This document shows positions 7,197-16,089 of a stretch of DNA of 24,000 nucleotides, piece after piece. Position 1 is the stretch's first letter; each line of letters begins with the position of its first letter. The stretch covers positions 614,661 through 638,660 of the forward strand of contig NZ_CP016474.1 in assembly GCF_001693255.1 (NCBI RefSeq), in the 5' to 3' direction. The notes beneath the pieces are model-generated. The model saw nothing but the letters and a program-made list of their open reading frames with translations, was not told the origin of the DNA and made no database searches. The position numbers and the translations under genes were made by a program. The stretch comes from Picosynechococcus sp. PCC 7003 (GTDB lineage Bacteria; Cyanobacteriota; Cyanobacteriia; Cyanobacteriales; MRBY01).

Positions 7197-9677
7197 TCAC
7201 AAAACGCCCTGGGCCTTGAGGGTTTGCACCACAGACCAGGCTTTTGGGAGTTTCCCCTGGAGGAGTGCTGAGACGCCGGCGATCGCCTGAATTTCCGGAA
7301 TATCTCCTAATTCATCTAAAACCGGTGTAATGGCCAATTCCGCCTGTCTGGGTTCCCAACGGTAAAGATGCACGAAGGCAATGTAAGCATTCACCCAGGG
7401 ATCGTCCGGGGTCAGTTGTTGCAGTTGAGTCAGGGTCTCGATGGTGGCCTGGGATTCCTCCTGGAGGGCATGGGCTAGGGTTTTCGCCCAATACCAATCC
7501 CGCAGTTGGGGCAAATTAGTCGCATTGGCAGGCGTTTGGGTGAGGCGATAGGCGAGACTATCTTCCACTTGCTGTAAATAATCCTGGACTGGATCATATT
7601 GATTTAATCGCTCCACGTGGGCAAATAATGGCTCTAACCCCGCAATGCCTTCACCAAGTTGGGGGGCAATTTCCCGCAGTTGGGTCAGCCAATCTAAGGC
7701 CACCAATTGCGTTGGCGTTAAGGCTTCACCAGTGGCCGGCGAAATTTCTACAGTGACCGTCGGTTGCTTTAAGGGGCGAGTGTCCCCGGTGGCCGGATCG
7801 AGATACTGGGCTTCTAAGGTGTAACGGCCCGGTGGTAAATCCGCTGGGGGTAAGGTGGCGGTGCGTTCAATAATTTCTAAGCGATCGCCTTTATTGGCCG
7901 AATCTTTCCGCAGCATCCCGAAGGCGAAGCGATGATCCTGAATCCAAAACCGTTCTCCATTTGACCAAGTCAGTAAGGCGATTCCCTGGGCGAAATCCTC
8001 ACGATTCCCCGACCAAGTGTAGGTGATGGGGAGAGGTTGGCCGGCGATCGCCTCCGAGGCCATCTCTATTTTTTGTAATGTTATTGGGCCTATCCCCTGG
8101 GTTGTGTTGACCGAAACCAGGGGTTGGCGACGATGATAAAGCTTGAGTTGGTCTTGATCCGGCAGTGGCCAACTCCCCTGGAGCAGAAAATCGGGATCAT
8201 TACCTAAACTCGCAGCAAGGGCCAACTGATCCGCGTTACGGTGGGGATCTTCCCCAGTTTTTATTAAAAACCAGTCAAAGGATTCTTTATCTTGGGCCAA
8301 CTGTTCTGGGGTATTGCCCAAATTTCTGCCGTAGACCTGAAAATCTCGCAGGGCGCCATAGTAATTCAGCGTGTGATTATTGGCGATCGCCACCCCAGGG
8401 ATGACACCCAAGTTGCTTCTTAAATTTGGAGTTTCCTGAATAATTTCCTGGATGATTTCTGGGTGGGGATAGGTCTGCCGGTCAGGATAATTAGGGTTGG
8501 GCACCAGTCCTGCAATCACCGGAACAGGAAATAATTGCATTAGCCAAAAAATTGTAGCTAAACTGATCGTCCCCCAACGCACCGGTTGCCACTTACCACG
8601 CCATTGGGTGAGACCGTACCCCAAGAAAACCGCCACAATTGGCAGATAGGGCATGATATAGCGAGTGTCTTTGTTATAGAAGCCAGAAAAAATGAGATAG
8701 GAGGCCCCAAAATAAATGCCGAGCCACATCAAACTTTCCTTTTCCGGTAAACCATAAACGGTCTTGCGGGAGGGAAGTTTTTTAGCTAGATGTAAAATCA
8801 ATCCCACAATGGGTGGCAAAAGAAGCATCCAAGAGACCGCACTGGGAAGATCTTTCCAGTAATAGATCCAGGCTGCAAGGGTATTTAATTTGGGATCGCC
8901 TTCAGCGGCTGGGGCAATGTCGTTAACAACTTCAAAGAGGCTAAAAATATAGATAAAGTTTGTGCTATACCAACCCAGCCAAATGGGTAAAGAAGTTATG
9001 CCGCTAACCACAAGTTGCAGCAAGTCTTCCCACTTTTTTCTTCTGAAGTTGCTGGCGATCGCCCAACAGAGGGGAATAAAAAGAAAAAATAGGCAACTCT
9101 GTTTGGTCAGCATGGCCAACCCCAAGCAAAAACCAAAGGCGATCGCCCAACCCCATTGAACACTTCTTTTTTCAGCAAAATACCAATGGGTTAGACAAGT
9201 AAAACTCGCCACCGTCGTCACAACTAAGGTGTAATCGGTAATGTAATGGAGCCGGAACAGAAAAATCCGGGGCATCAGCAGGGTGATTGCAGCGGCATAA
9301 CAGCCCACAGTTGGGTTAAACAAGCGTTTCCCAAGGCTAAAAACGGCCCAAATCAGCACCCCAGTTAACAAGAGATTCATTAACAAAGCCTGATCATTAC
9401 CCTGGCCAAAAAGCATTTGAAAAGGGGCCGCAAGGATATAGGGTAACGGTGGATATTTTGTTGAGACTTGCCAAAACTCTTGCCAACCGGGAAAGTGACG
9501 GATATTTTCGACAAAATTCAAACTGCCTGTGAGGTGATTCGATTGATCCCAGGCCGGCACCGTATGATCCAGATTCAACCACAGGCGATCGCCGAGGTTA
9601 ATCCCCAACCACAACCCCAATAAAACTAACCCAGTCTTCCAAGGCGCTCTGGGTGATTTTGCGACCTGATCCTGCAA
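7197..9677 (-). CDS. GT-C/GT39 (ArnT/PMT-like) membrane glycosyltransferase with a large C-terminal soluble domain
   Basis: 826 aa. The N-terminal ~400 aa are polytopic (more than 10 hydrophobic segments) with an early acidic loop motif (INLGDRLWLNLDHTVPAWDQSNH) typical of ArnT/PMT-type enzymes. The C-terminal ~420 aa are hydrophilic and end in helical, TPR-like repeats. Confidence 0.65.
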   Translation of the reverse strand: MQDQVAKSPRAPWKTGLVLLGLWLGINLGDRLWLNLDHTVPAWDQSNHLTGSLNFVENIRHFPGWQEFWQVSTKYPPLPYILAAPFQMLFGQGNDQALLMNLLLTGVLIWAVFSLGKRLFNPTVGCYAAAITLLMPRIFLFRLHYITDYTLVVTTVASFTCLTHWYFAEKRSVQWGWAIAFGFCLGLAMLTKQSCLFFLFIPLCWAIASNFRRKKWEDLLQLVVSGITSLPIWLGWYSTNFIYIFSLFEVVNDIAPAAEGDPKLNTLAAWIYYWKDLPSAVSWMLLLPPIVGLILHLAKKLPSRKTVYGLPEKESLMWLGIYFGASYLIFSGFYNKDTRYIMPYLPIVAVFLGYGLTQWRGKWQPVRWGTISLATIFWLMQLFPVPVIAGLVPNPNYPDRQTYPHPEIIQEIIQETPNLRSNLGVIPGVAIANNHTLNYYGALRDFQVYGRNLGNTPEQLAQDKESFDWFLIKTGEDPHRNADQLALAASLGNDPDFLLQGSWPLPDQDQLKLYHRRQPLVSVNTTQGIGPITLQKIEMASEAIAGQPLPITYTWSGNREDFAQGIALLTWSNGERFWIQDHRFAFGMLRKDSANKGDRLEIIERTATLPPADLPPGRYTLEAQYLDPATGDTRPLKQPTVTVEISPATGEALTPTQLVALDWLTQLREIAPQLGEGIAGLEPLFAHVERLNQYDPVQDYLQQVEDSLAYRLTQTPANATNLPQLRDWYWAKTLAHALQEESQATIETLTQLQQLTPDDPWVNAYIAFVHLYRWEPRQAELAITPVLDELGDIPEIQAIAGVSALLQGKLPKAWSVVQTLKAQGVL

Positions 9678-9858
9678 TGTTGAAATTCTCCTGATGGATT
9701 TCCCCTAGCTGCAATGTATCGGAAAAAATCTCTCAAGGTAAAGCTTCTCTTTATCCTTGCCATAGACAAAAATAATTTCTCAAATCACCATACCTTGCTT
9801 GACCATTGGGGCACTACGATAAAATAATCCCCAAGCAAATCATCACCACAACAAACCC

Positions 9859-10092
9859 ATGCCCTTTGATATCCCCTTCGAAACTCTCCTTATTGCCACC
9901 CTCTATCTCAGCCTCAGCGTAACCTACCTGCTCGTTTTACCCGCTGGCCTTTACTTTTACCTCAATAACCGTTGGTATGTCGCTAGTTCCATCGAGCGAC
10001 TCGTCATGTATTTCTTCGTTTTCTTCCTGTTCCCTGGGATGCTACTCCTAAGCCCTTTCCTCAATTTCCGCCCCCGCCGTCGCGAAGTCTAA
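9859..10092 (+). CDS. ndhL: NAD(P)H-quinone oxidoreductase (NDH-1) subunit L
   Basis: 77 aa. YLLVLPAGLYFYLNNRWYVASSIERLVMYFFVFFLFPGMLLLSPFLNFRPRRR matches the conserved NdhL core (RWYVAS..ER..MYF.VF..FPG.LLL.PFLNFRP). Confidence 0.88.
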   Translation: MPFDIPFETLLIATLYLSLSVTYLLVLPAGLYFYLNNRWYVASSIERLVMYFFVFFLFPGMLLLSPFLNFRPRRREV

Positions 10093-10143
10093 GGCTTTGC
10101 TGAGTGAATTTTCCCATCCTTGCCAACTTCTCCCCCTAAAACC

Positions 10144-10464
10144 ATGCGACGCATTGATATCCTGGCCATCAGTTTCGGTATTTTCATCGTGGGTGGACTG
10201 CTCTATGGCGGCCTCAAAGTTGCAGGCCTCGAAAGTTTAGATGCGGGGATCTGGTCTCAAGCGTTGCTGGTGATTGTGGTGTTTGTCTGGGTGGGAACCT
10301 ATCTGTTTCGGGTAGGGACTCGCAATATGACCTTTCATCAACAGCGGCGGGATTATGAAGAAGCAGCCCTACAACGGCGTTTAGATGAGATGAGCCCAGA
10401 AGAATTAGCCCAACTCCAGGCAGAACTTGAGGCCACGGAGGATCAAACTTCACCAAAAAAGTAA
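10144..10464 (+). CDS. conserved cyanobacterial membrane protein (DUF3007-like)
   Basis: [18 protein letters not shown]...[26 protein letters not shown] followed by an acidic coiled tail. This is the family I recall sitting between ndhL and trpA in cyanobacteria. The ATG at 10144 is preferred over the TTG at 10120. Confidence 0.6.
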   Translation: MRRIDILAISFGIFIVGGLLYGGLKVAGLESLDAGIWSQALLVIVVFVWVGTYLFRVGTRNMTFHQQRRDYEEAALQRRLDEMSPEELAQLQAELEATEDQTSPKK

Positions 10465-10534
10465 CGGCAATCTTTACCGAAGGGGGAGTTGGGGACGTAC
10501 AATAACCCCTTGTGTGTTTTTATCGAACAAAATC

Positions 10535-11329
10535 ATGACCTCTGTTGCTGAACGTTTCCGATCCCTCAAACAGGCGGGCCAATGTGCGCTGATCCCCTTC
10601 ATTACAGCAGGCGACCCAGATTTGGAAACGACGGAACAGGCCCTCAGAGTTTTAGATGCAGCTGGGGCCGATTTTATTGAACTCGGCGTCCCCTATTCTG
10701 ATCCCCTCGCCGATGGGCCGACCATTCAAGCGGCAGCAACCAGAGCCTTGAGTCGGGGCGTCACCCTTGAGCAAGTTTTAGCGATCGTGGAACGAGTCCA
10801 TGGGCAGTTAACGGCGCCGATTATTTTATTTACTTACTACAATCCGATTTTTTATCGGGGTATTGATGCTTTTATGGCCCAGGTGGCGGCGGCAGGGGTC
10901 AAGGGATTGGTGATCCCGGATCTCCCCCTAGAAGAATCCCAGATGGTGCTGGATGCCGCAACGAACCATGGTCTTGATTTGATTTTATTGGTAGCGCCGA
11001 CCAGTCCAACGGAACGAATCGAGGCGATCGCCAAAGCGTCCCAGGGTTTCATTTACCTCGTGAGTGTGACGGGGGTGACGGGGGCGAGAACTTCTGTGGC
11101 CAGCCGTGTGGGGGAATTGTTGCCTAAGTTACGGCAAGTGACAGACAAGCCCATTGGGGTTGGTTTTGGGGTTTCGGATCCGGCCCAGGCGAAACAGCTA
11201 AAGGACTGGGGCGCGGATGGAGTGATCGTCGGTAGTGCGGTGGTAAAACGCCTTGCAACGGGAACTCCCGCCGAAGGTTTAGCGGCAGTAAAAGAATTTT
11301 GTGAGTCCCTCAAGGAGGCGATCGCCTAA
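10535..11329 (+). CDS. trpA: tryptophan synthase alpha chain
   Basis: From the ATG at 10535: [33 protein letters not shown]...[20 protein letters not shown]...[13 protein letters not shown]...PIGVGFG. These are canonical TrpA motifs. The track's longer ORF (starting at 10427) overlaps the upstream gene and adds a non-homologous extension. Confidence 0.92.
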   Translation: MTSVAERFRSLKQAGQCALIPFITAGDPDLETTEQALRVLDAAGADFIELGVPYSDPLADGPTIQAAATRALSRGVTLEQVLAIVERVHGQLTAPIILFTYYNPIFYRGIDAFMAQVAAAGVKGLVIPDLPLEESQMVLDAATNHGLDLILLVAPTSPTERIEAIAKASQGFIYLVSVTGVTGARTSVASRVGELLPKLRQVTDKPIGVGFGVSDPAQAKQLKDWGADGVIVGSAVVKRLATGTPAEGLAAVKEFCESLKEAIA

Positions 11330-11354
11330 CGATTGGTAGATTAGGAAAATTAGG

Positions 11355-14000
11355 TCATTGGGGGTCAGTGACGTCTAAGGCTCCCCGAATGATGACGACT
11401 GTGCGGTTTGTCCCCTTGGCGATCGCCTCAGGAATATTCCCATGGAGTGCCTTTTGGAACAAACTTTCTCGGCTTGCGCCCAGAATCACCAGGTCATAGG
11501 TTTCTTCTTTGATCAAGCGAATCAAACTGTCAGCAATGTGGGACGAGCGAATGGGTAGAGGAATAATGGGAATTTCTACCAGGGGATTTAAGGCTCGCTT
11601 GGCTTTGATGAGCAGCGGAAAATGTTGGGGGCGTTGTTGGGGTTGATAGACCTGACAGAGGCAAATTTGGGACGGCAGAGCATAGCGCACCACCTCTGGG
11701 GATAGGTGTAAGAGTGCTGGGATAAATTCCTGGGCGCGCTCTGCGTTGGGGCCGCCGGCAATGGGCACTAGGGCACGAATTTTTCCTGGTTGGGGCCTAA
11801 ACTGGAGGGGATGGGCATGGCTCGTTTTCACCAGAATCACATCGCAGGGCACTTTTTTCACGAGATATTCCATCACACTACCGAACAGTTGCCCCCCTGG
11901 GTGGCGATCGCCTTGCCAACCCAGGATTAATCCCTGATCTTTGCTCGAAATTTCCTGGAGGATTGCCCCGGCCACATCGTAGGCGAGGATTACTTGGGTG
12001 TGGATCGAAATTCCCAATGTTTCCCCGAGGCGCTCCAGTTTTTCCATCAAATGCCGTTCTGGATAGGTGTTCATGTGGGCATCGGTGAGGGGATAGGTTG
12101 TCGCCACCTGCACCACATTGAGGCAATAAACCATGGCATTTTTTTCCTTGGCAATGGCCGCCGCGAAGGTGATGAGGGCCTCGGCAGTATTAGGGTTGGC
12201 GATCGCCACCCAGAGTTTGCGCTTGTAATTGTCGCTGGTGTGGGTTTGATAAACACAATAGGAAGGCGTACGCTGTACGGCGTGGTGACTTTTCCCAAGG
12301 AGCTCCTGGGCCTCGGCCCGAATAATATCCGAACGGGTAATAATGCCCTGGAGCTGATCGTTATCGACCACGGGCAGGCGGGAAATTTGGTAGCGATTGA
12401 GCAGGTACAACACATCACTGAGGGAGGCCTGGGGGGATACCGTAATCACCTTACGTTGCATCACCTGGGCCACCGTTAAATTCTTTCCCTGGGCTGCCAT
12501 TTGGGCCAGATCCCCCTGGGTGACAATGCCAACGAGTTTACCCTGCTTTAAAACTGGAAAACCCCGGTGCGGTGATTCGGACAGGATGGGGACTAAATCT
12601 TTTAAGTTGAGGTGGCTTTCGAGGGTTTCCACCTCCGGTTGCATCACCTGGGCGGCGGTGAGATCCGTTAACACCTGGGGATTTTTTTCCTCCTCTAGGT
12701 GAATGCCACTGGCTTCCAGGAGATATTCATAGATTGAACCTTTAAAAATACTTTCAGCTACGATAAGCGCCGTCACCGAAGCCAGCATCAAGGGGAGGAC
12801 TAAATTAAAATCCGTGGTCAGCTCAAAGACAATCACAATCGCGGTTACCGGCACCCGCGCTACCCCTGTAAAGAAGGCCCCCATCCCGGCTAAAGCATAG
12901 GTATATTGGGTTGCCTCTGGCACAAAGATCTCGGCACAGGTGCCCACCAGATAACCGAGGGCCGTGCCTAAAACGAGGGTCGGCGCAAACAGCCCCCCCG
13001 GTGCTCCGGAGCCATAGGCAATCAAACTTAGGAAAAAATGGGCGACAAAGGCGATCGCAATTATCTGCCAGCCCGCATCCCCCGTGAGCAAAAAATCCCG
13101 TAGCCCGGCATTGTCCCGGAAAAAAGGTGGCAAAAACGCGACCACAGTCCCAGAAATCGCCCCGGCGATCGCCATCCGTACCCCCAAGCTCAAGCGGAGA
13201 CGACGATTAAACCCCAAAACCGTTAAGATCCCGCGATTAAATAAAGCCCCTAAAACCCCGGCCAAGCCCCCCAACAGCAAATACCAGGGAATTTCTGCCA
13301 GATAAAAATTACTTTGATTCGCCGCATTGAGCAGTTCTGCGGGCAGATTCAGATCCGAGGTACCAAACCAGCGAGAGACCACCGATCCGGTAAAAGAAGC
13401 AACGATCGCCGTTTCTAGAGTCAACCCTGACATATCCCGCATCAGTTCTTCGACCACGAACAGCACCCCGGCAATGGGGGTATTAAATCCCGCCGCTAAA
13501 CCCGCCGCTGCCCCTGCCGCAATCATTTGGCGTCGGTGGTTTGGGGTTGTCGGCAGCCATTGACTGAGTTGGGCCGCGAGGGCTGCACCAATATGCACAC
13601 TGGGGCCGCGCCGTCCGAGGGTCAGGCCGCCACCCAGAACCAAGATCGTGCCAATGGATTTAGCCAAAGCCACCTTCCAGTTCAGTGGCAAGGGAAATTG
13701 GGCCAGGACAACCTTGACCTGGGGGACGCCGCCCCCCTTGGCTTCTGGGGCAAAGGTTTCTAGGAGATAGCCCGCCAACCAGCCGCAAACCACCCCAAAT
13801 AGAGGCAGGATGAACCAGGCGCCGTATTGACGACTTAGGATGACCCGATATCCCCCCACAAAACCAATACCTTGTTTGAGGAAAAGGGCCGCCAAGCCGG
13901 AGATGACGCCAATGAGACAGGCTTCGATTAATAAATAGTTATTGTTTAAGCTGTGCTGGCCTAAGGCTCGAAAAATCCACCAATTTCGCACAGAAGCCAT
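11355..14000 (-). CDS. ClC-family chloride channel/transporter fused to a CBS pair and tandem USP domains
   Basis: 881 aa. ClC motifs are present: GGGVPQVK (GSGIPE-like), GRRGPSVHIG (GKEGP-like) and GAPGGLFAPTL (GxFxP). Two CBS modules follow (VMQPEVETL...IVTQGDL; VMQRKVITV...IITRSDI). After these come two UspA-like alpha/beta units (KLWVAIANP...PCDVILVK; IRALVPIAGGPN...YDLVILGASRES...VVIIRG). Confidence 0.85.
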   Translation of the reverse strand: MASVRNWWIFRALGQHSLNNNYLLIEACLIGVISGLAALFLKQGIGFVGGYRVILSRQYGAWFILPLFGVVCGWLAGYLLETFAPEAKGGGVPQVKVVLAQFPLPLNWKVALAKSIGTILVLGGGLTLGRRGPSVHIGAALAAQLSQWLPTTPNHRRQMIAAGAAAGLAAGFNTPIAGVLFVVEELMRDMSGLTLETAIVASFTGSVVSRWFGTSDLNLPAELLNAANQSNFYLAEIPWYLLLGGLAGVLGALFNRGILTVLGFNRRLRLSLGVRMAIAGAISGTVVAFLPPFFRDNAGLRDFLLTGDAGWQIIAIAFVAHFFLSLIAYGSGAPGGLFAPTLVLGTALGYLVGTCAEIFVPEATQYTYALAGMGAFFTGVARVPVTAIVIVFELTTDFNLVLPLMLASVTALIVAESIFKGSIYEYLLEASGIHLEEEKNPQVLTDLTAAQVMQPEVETLESHLNLKDLVPILSESPHRGFPVLKQGKLVGIVTQGDLAQMAAQGKNLTVAQVMQRKVITVSPQASLSDVLYLLNRYQISRLPVVDNDQLQGIITRSDIIRAEAQELLGKSHHAVQRTPSYCVYQTHTSDNYKRKLWVAIANPNTAEALITFAAAIAKEKNAMVYCLNVVQVATTYPLTDAHMNTYPERHLMEKLERLGETLGISIHTQVILAYDVAGAILQEISSKDQGLILGWQGDRHPGGQLFGSVMEYLVKKVPCDVILVKTSHAHPLQFRPQPGKIRALVPIAGGPNAERAQEFIPALLHLSPEVVRYALPSQICLCQVYQPQQRPQHFPLLIKAKRALNPLVEIPIIPLPIRSSHIADSLIRLIKEETYDLVILGASRESLFQKALHGNIPEAIAKGTNRTVVIIRGALDVTDPQ

Positions 14001-14130
14001 GGCGATCGCCCGTAAGATGCTTCAAAAGATTCAGAAACGCTAGTTTCAGCTTTCCTTTAGCAGATTAGCACGATCTTTACCATGGGCCTTTCAGGAAAAT
14101 TTTTGACAAATTTCAGCCCAAATCATCGGC

Positions 14131-14159
14131 AAAAAAAACCCTGACCTTGGCAGATCAGG
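14131..14159 (-). terminator. rho-independent terminator downstream of the VKOR gene
   Basis: The minus strand reads CCUGAUC-UGCCAA-GGUCAGG, a 7-bp stem with one U-G wobble that pairs only on the minus strand. It is followed directly by GUUUUUUUU (A8 at 14131-14138 on the plus strand) and lies about 50 nt after the stop at 14207. Confidence 0.75.
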
Positions 14160-14206
14160 TGATGCATTTCAGTGATGTAAAAGCTAATTAGCAATGCGCC
14201 CAGTTT

Positions 14207-15196
14207 TTAACGGGGCAAGGCATATTTAAAATCAGTGGAACCCTCGTAATTAGAGAGTTCAGCCAATCGTTGTAGCGCTTGGGTGCCGGCATAACGTTCC
14301 CCATTGATCTCCCAGGTGGGGAATCCTTCTAGGCCAGCGGCAGCACAAACATCAGGTTGGCCATTTTTGCCTTCGGGGGCACATTCGATATAGGGCACTT
14401 TGGCAAAGGCTTCCTTCCCAAATAACTGTTTTTGTTCGTAGCAGTGGGGACACCAGTAAGCACCATATTCTTTTGCCCCAATTTCTGTGAGGTGTTCGGC
14501 CAATGCCATTTCTGCGGGGCCGGAGGTGGTGGTAATTTCCCAACCGGTCGGCGGTTCGGGGGCACGGTTGGGGACTTGGGTAATAATTTCTTGGCCCTGG
14601 TCATTGAGCACAGGGGCGCTGCCTTGGATGTTGCGTTCGATGCTGTTGTATAAACCAAGGGTACCGAGGGCGGTAATGATCGCCACCACAAAAATGGTGA
14701 GGAACACTTCGCCCCAATCGTCCCAAAAGCGACCAAAGAGGGTTAAGAGTAAAAAACTCGCGGCAAAGGTGGCTGAGGTGATGCAATAGAGACAAACGCC
14801 ACCAATTTTCGCAAAGAGAATATACATCAGGTAGGCACTAAACAGGCTCATGGCGGTGGCACCAATGAGCAGAAAGAGCCATGTCCAATCTTCGTATTTG
14901 TTCCGCAGTTTTTTGTTGTCTTCGGGATTAATCGCCAGGGGCGCTAGGGAAAAACCAGCCATGGCGAGATAGGCGATCGCCCCAAACAGCGACAAGGGCA
15001 AACCAAAAACAAAGGCATAGGGACTAGAAAGTACATCACTACAGCTCGCTGCTGCTTCTGTACCACAGGCCACCTCTGCCCCGAAAAGTTTCGAGATCGT
15101 GAGGTAGCTGGTGAGCAAAAAGCCAATGATGGCGATCGCCCCGATGATGGGACGGGACCACTGATGGATCCAGGGTTGAGAACGTCGGCGTACCAT
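14207..15196 (-). CDS. vitamin K epoxide reductase (VKOR) homolog fused to a thioredoxin-like domain
   Basis: Four to five TM helices with loop cysteines (CGTEAAASC) and the VKOR active-site CxxC (CLYC). The C-terminal Trx-like domain carries WCPHC. This is the architecture of the structurally characterised cyanobacterial VKOR. The ATG at 15196 (MVRRRSQPW) is preferred over the TTG at 15217. Confidence 0.85.
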   Translation of the reverse strand: MVRRRSQPWIHQWSRPIIGAIAIIGFLLTSYLTISKLFGAEVACGTEAAASCSDVLSSPYAFVFGLPLSLFGAIAYLAMAGFSLAPLAINPEDNKKLRNKYEDWTWLFLLIGATAMSLFSAYLMYILFAKIGGVCLYCITSATFAASFLLLTLFGRFWDDWGEVFLTIFVVAIITALGTLGLYNSIERNIQGSAPVLNDQGQEIITQVPNRAPEPPTGWEITTTSGPAEMALAEHLTEIGAKEYGAYWCPHCYEQKQLFGKEAFAKVPYIECAPEGKNGQPDVCAAAGLEGFPTWEINGERYAGTQALQRLAELSNYEGSTDFKYALPR

Positions 15197-15240
15197 AGCG
15201 CGTCTAAAAAATCCCAAGCAATAAATTGTCTACATCGTGA

Positions 15241-15480
15241 GCTACTCCTCCCTGCTAAAGCGAGGAAGAAGCTTCCTACCCAAAGAACTGCTTTCTATCC
15301 CGAAGGATAACGAGTCTTACATTCTGGCGATAGGCGGAAAACCCTCGTTCCGAAGGCCGAAAAGCTTTTCTTGCAACACTGCCCGTTTAGCTTGGTTTTC
15401 GCTTAGGGAAACGTGGTCAAGATTTTCATATCGTAGCAGAAGTCAGACTCGCTTTCTGTTACTGAGCCTGTCGAAGTAGC
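15241..15480 (-). ncRNA. candidate structured RNA (or MITE-like inverted-repeat relic) of unknown class
   Basis: This is a gene-free 300-bp gap between moaB and the VKOR gene. It contains three nested, collinear helices. The first is 15241-15248 with 15473-15480: 8 bp on the minus strand, where the U-G wobble would be an A-C mismatch on the plus strand. The second is 15257-15264 with 15448-15455 (8 Watson-Crick bp). The third is 15272-15279 with 15433-15442 (4+4 bp with a 2-nt bulge). Inner elements are a UAUCC-UUCG-GGAUA hairpin on the minus strand (15296-15309), the helix GAAAACC/GGUUUUC (15337-15343 with 15394-15400) and the palindrome GAAAAGCUUUUC (15359-15370). The 80-aa plus-strand ORF here is low-complexity and not credible. 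I recognise no signature of RNase P RNA, tmRNA or SRP RNA. Confidence 0.3.
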
Positions 15481-15516
15481 CTGCGTGCGAGGAAGTGGAA
15501 TTCCCGCTTGTGTTAG

Positions 15517-16029
15517 TTAAACCTGTGGGGTGGCGGGTTGCAGTTGGCTGACTAAATGGCGCAGTTCCGGCAAAATGAGTTTTTCCATGGCTAACCGCAC
15601 CGCCCCCGTCGATCCGGGTAGGGAAAATAAAATCATCCCCCGATAGGTGCCTGCCACCGCCCGGGAGGCGATCGCCCTAGAGCCAATTTCCTCATAACTC
15701 AAGGCCCGGAAAATTTCCCCGAACCCCGGCAAGGTTTTTTCTAAATGTTTGGCTAGCATATCGTAGGTGTTATCCCGGTGGGCGATGCCCGTGCCGCCAT
15801 TGAAAATTAAGGCCTCTAAATTTGTATGGGCGAGGTGCTCTAAACGATGGGCGATCGCCTCTGGATCATCTTTAATCACCTCATAATCCCCGATTTCATG
15901 GCCTGCCGCTGTGAGCAGTGCTTGAATTAACTGGCCACTTTTGTCCGTTTCTGGCGATCGCGTATCACTGACAGTGATCACCCCACAACGGACAACACGC
16001 GCAGCAGAATCAGGATGAGGTTGCAGCAT
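15517..16029 (-). CDS. moaB: molybdenum cofactor biosynthesis protein B (MoaB/MogA fold)
   Basis: CGVITVSDTRSPETDKSG...FNGGTGIAHRDNTYD...GSTGAV, which are typical MoaB motifs. The ATG at 16029 is preferred over the TTG at 16038. Confidence 0.8.
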   Translation of the reverse strand: MLQPHPDSAARVVRCGVITVSDTRSPETDKSGQLIQALLTAAGHEIGDYEVIKDDPEAIAHRLEHLAHTNLEALIFNGGTGIAHRDNTYDMLAKHLEKTLPGFGEIFRALSYEEIGSRAIASRAVAGTYRGMILFSLPGSTGAVRLAMEKLILPELRHLVSQLQPATPQV

Positions 16030-16089
16030 GATCAGCAAAGATGATTAACAATGGTGGTGACAACAAACCCTTACAGGAGAAGTAAAAAA

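Noticed and set aside
10427-10534. N-terminal extensions offered by the ORF track (trpA from 10427, peroxiredoxin from 7162, VKOR from 15217, moaB from 16038, flavin reductase from 16051, DUF3007-like from 10120)
   Set aside because: The extensions use non-ATG starts or overlap upstream genes, and they add residues not found at the N-termini of the respective families. Internal ATG starts align with the homolog N-termini as I recall them. The exact starts remain unverified.
14040-14130. Fluoride-riboswitch-like fragments upstream of the ClC gene (minus strand GCCGAUGAUUUGGGC ... GCUAAUC)
   Set aside because: The resemblance is only superficial. The pseudoknot partner and the conserved crcB-motif nucleotides are absent. 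This ClC has CBS/USP domains, so it is not the fluoride-specific ClC-F type.
11746-14795. Shadow ORFs within or antisense to the ClC and VKOR genes (11994..12479+, 12071..12418-, 12397..12702+, 13084..13305+, 13327..13763+, 14329..14736-, 14487..14789+ and others)
   Set aside because: For the same reason: they overlap well-supported genes and have no recognisable domains and a biased composition.
15370-15455. Plus-strand strings reminiscent of cobalamin-riboswitch elements (UUAGGGAAACGUGGUCAAGAUUUUC, CACUGCCCG, AGAAGUCAGAC)
   Set aside because: The elements are in the wrong order relative to the cobalamin consensus and the B12 box is not matched. A plus-strand transcript here would be antisense to both neighbours with no downstream gene to regulate.
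15237-15479. 80-aa plus-strand ORF (GTG start) in the moaB-VKOR gap
   Set aside because: It is Ser/Arg/Leu-rich and low-complexity, has no SD sequence, and runs antisense to the local transcription direction. The region is better explained as non-coding; see the structured-RNA finding.
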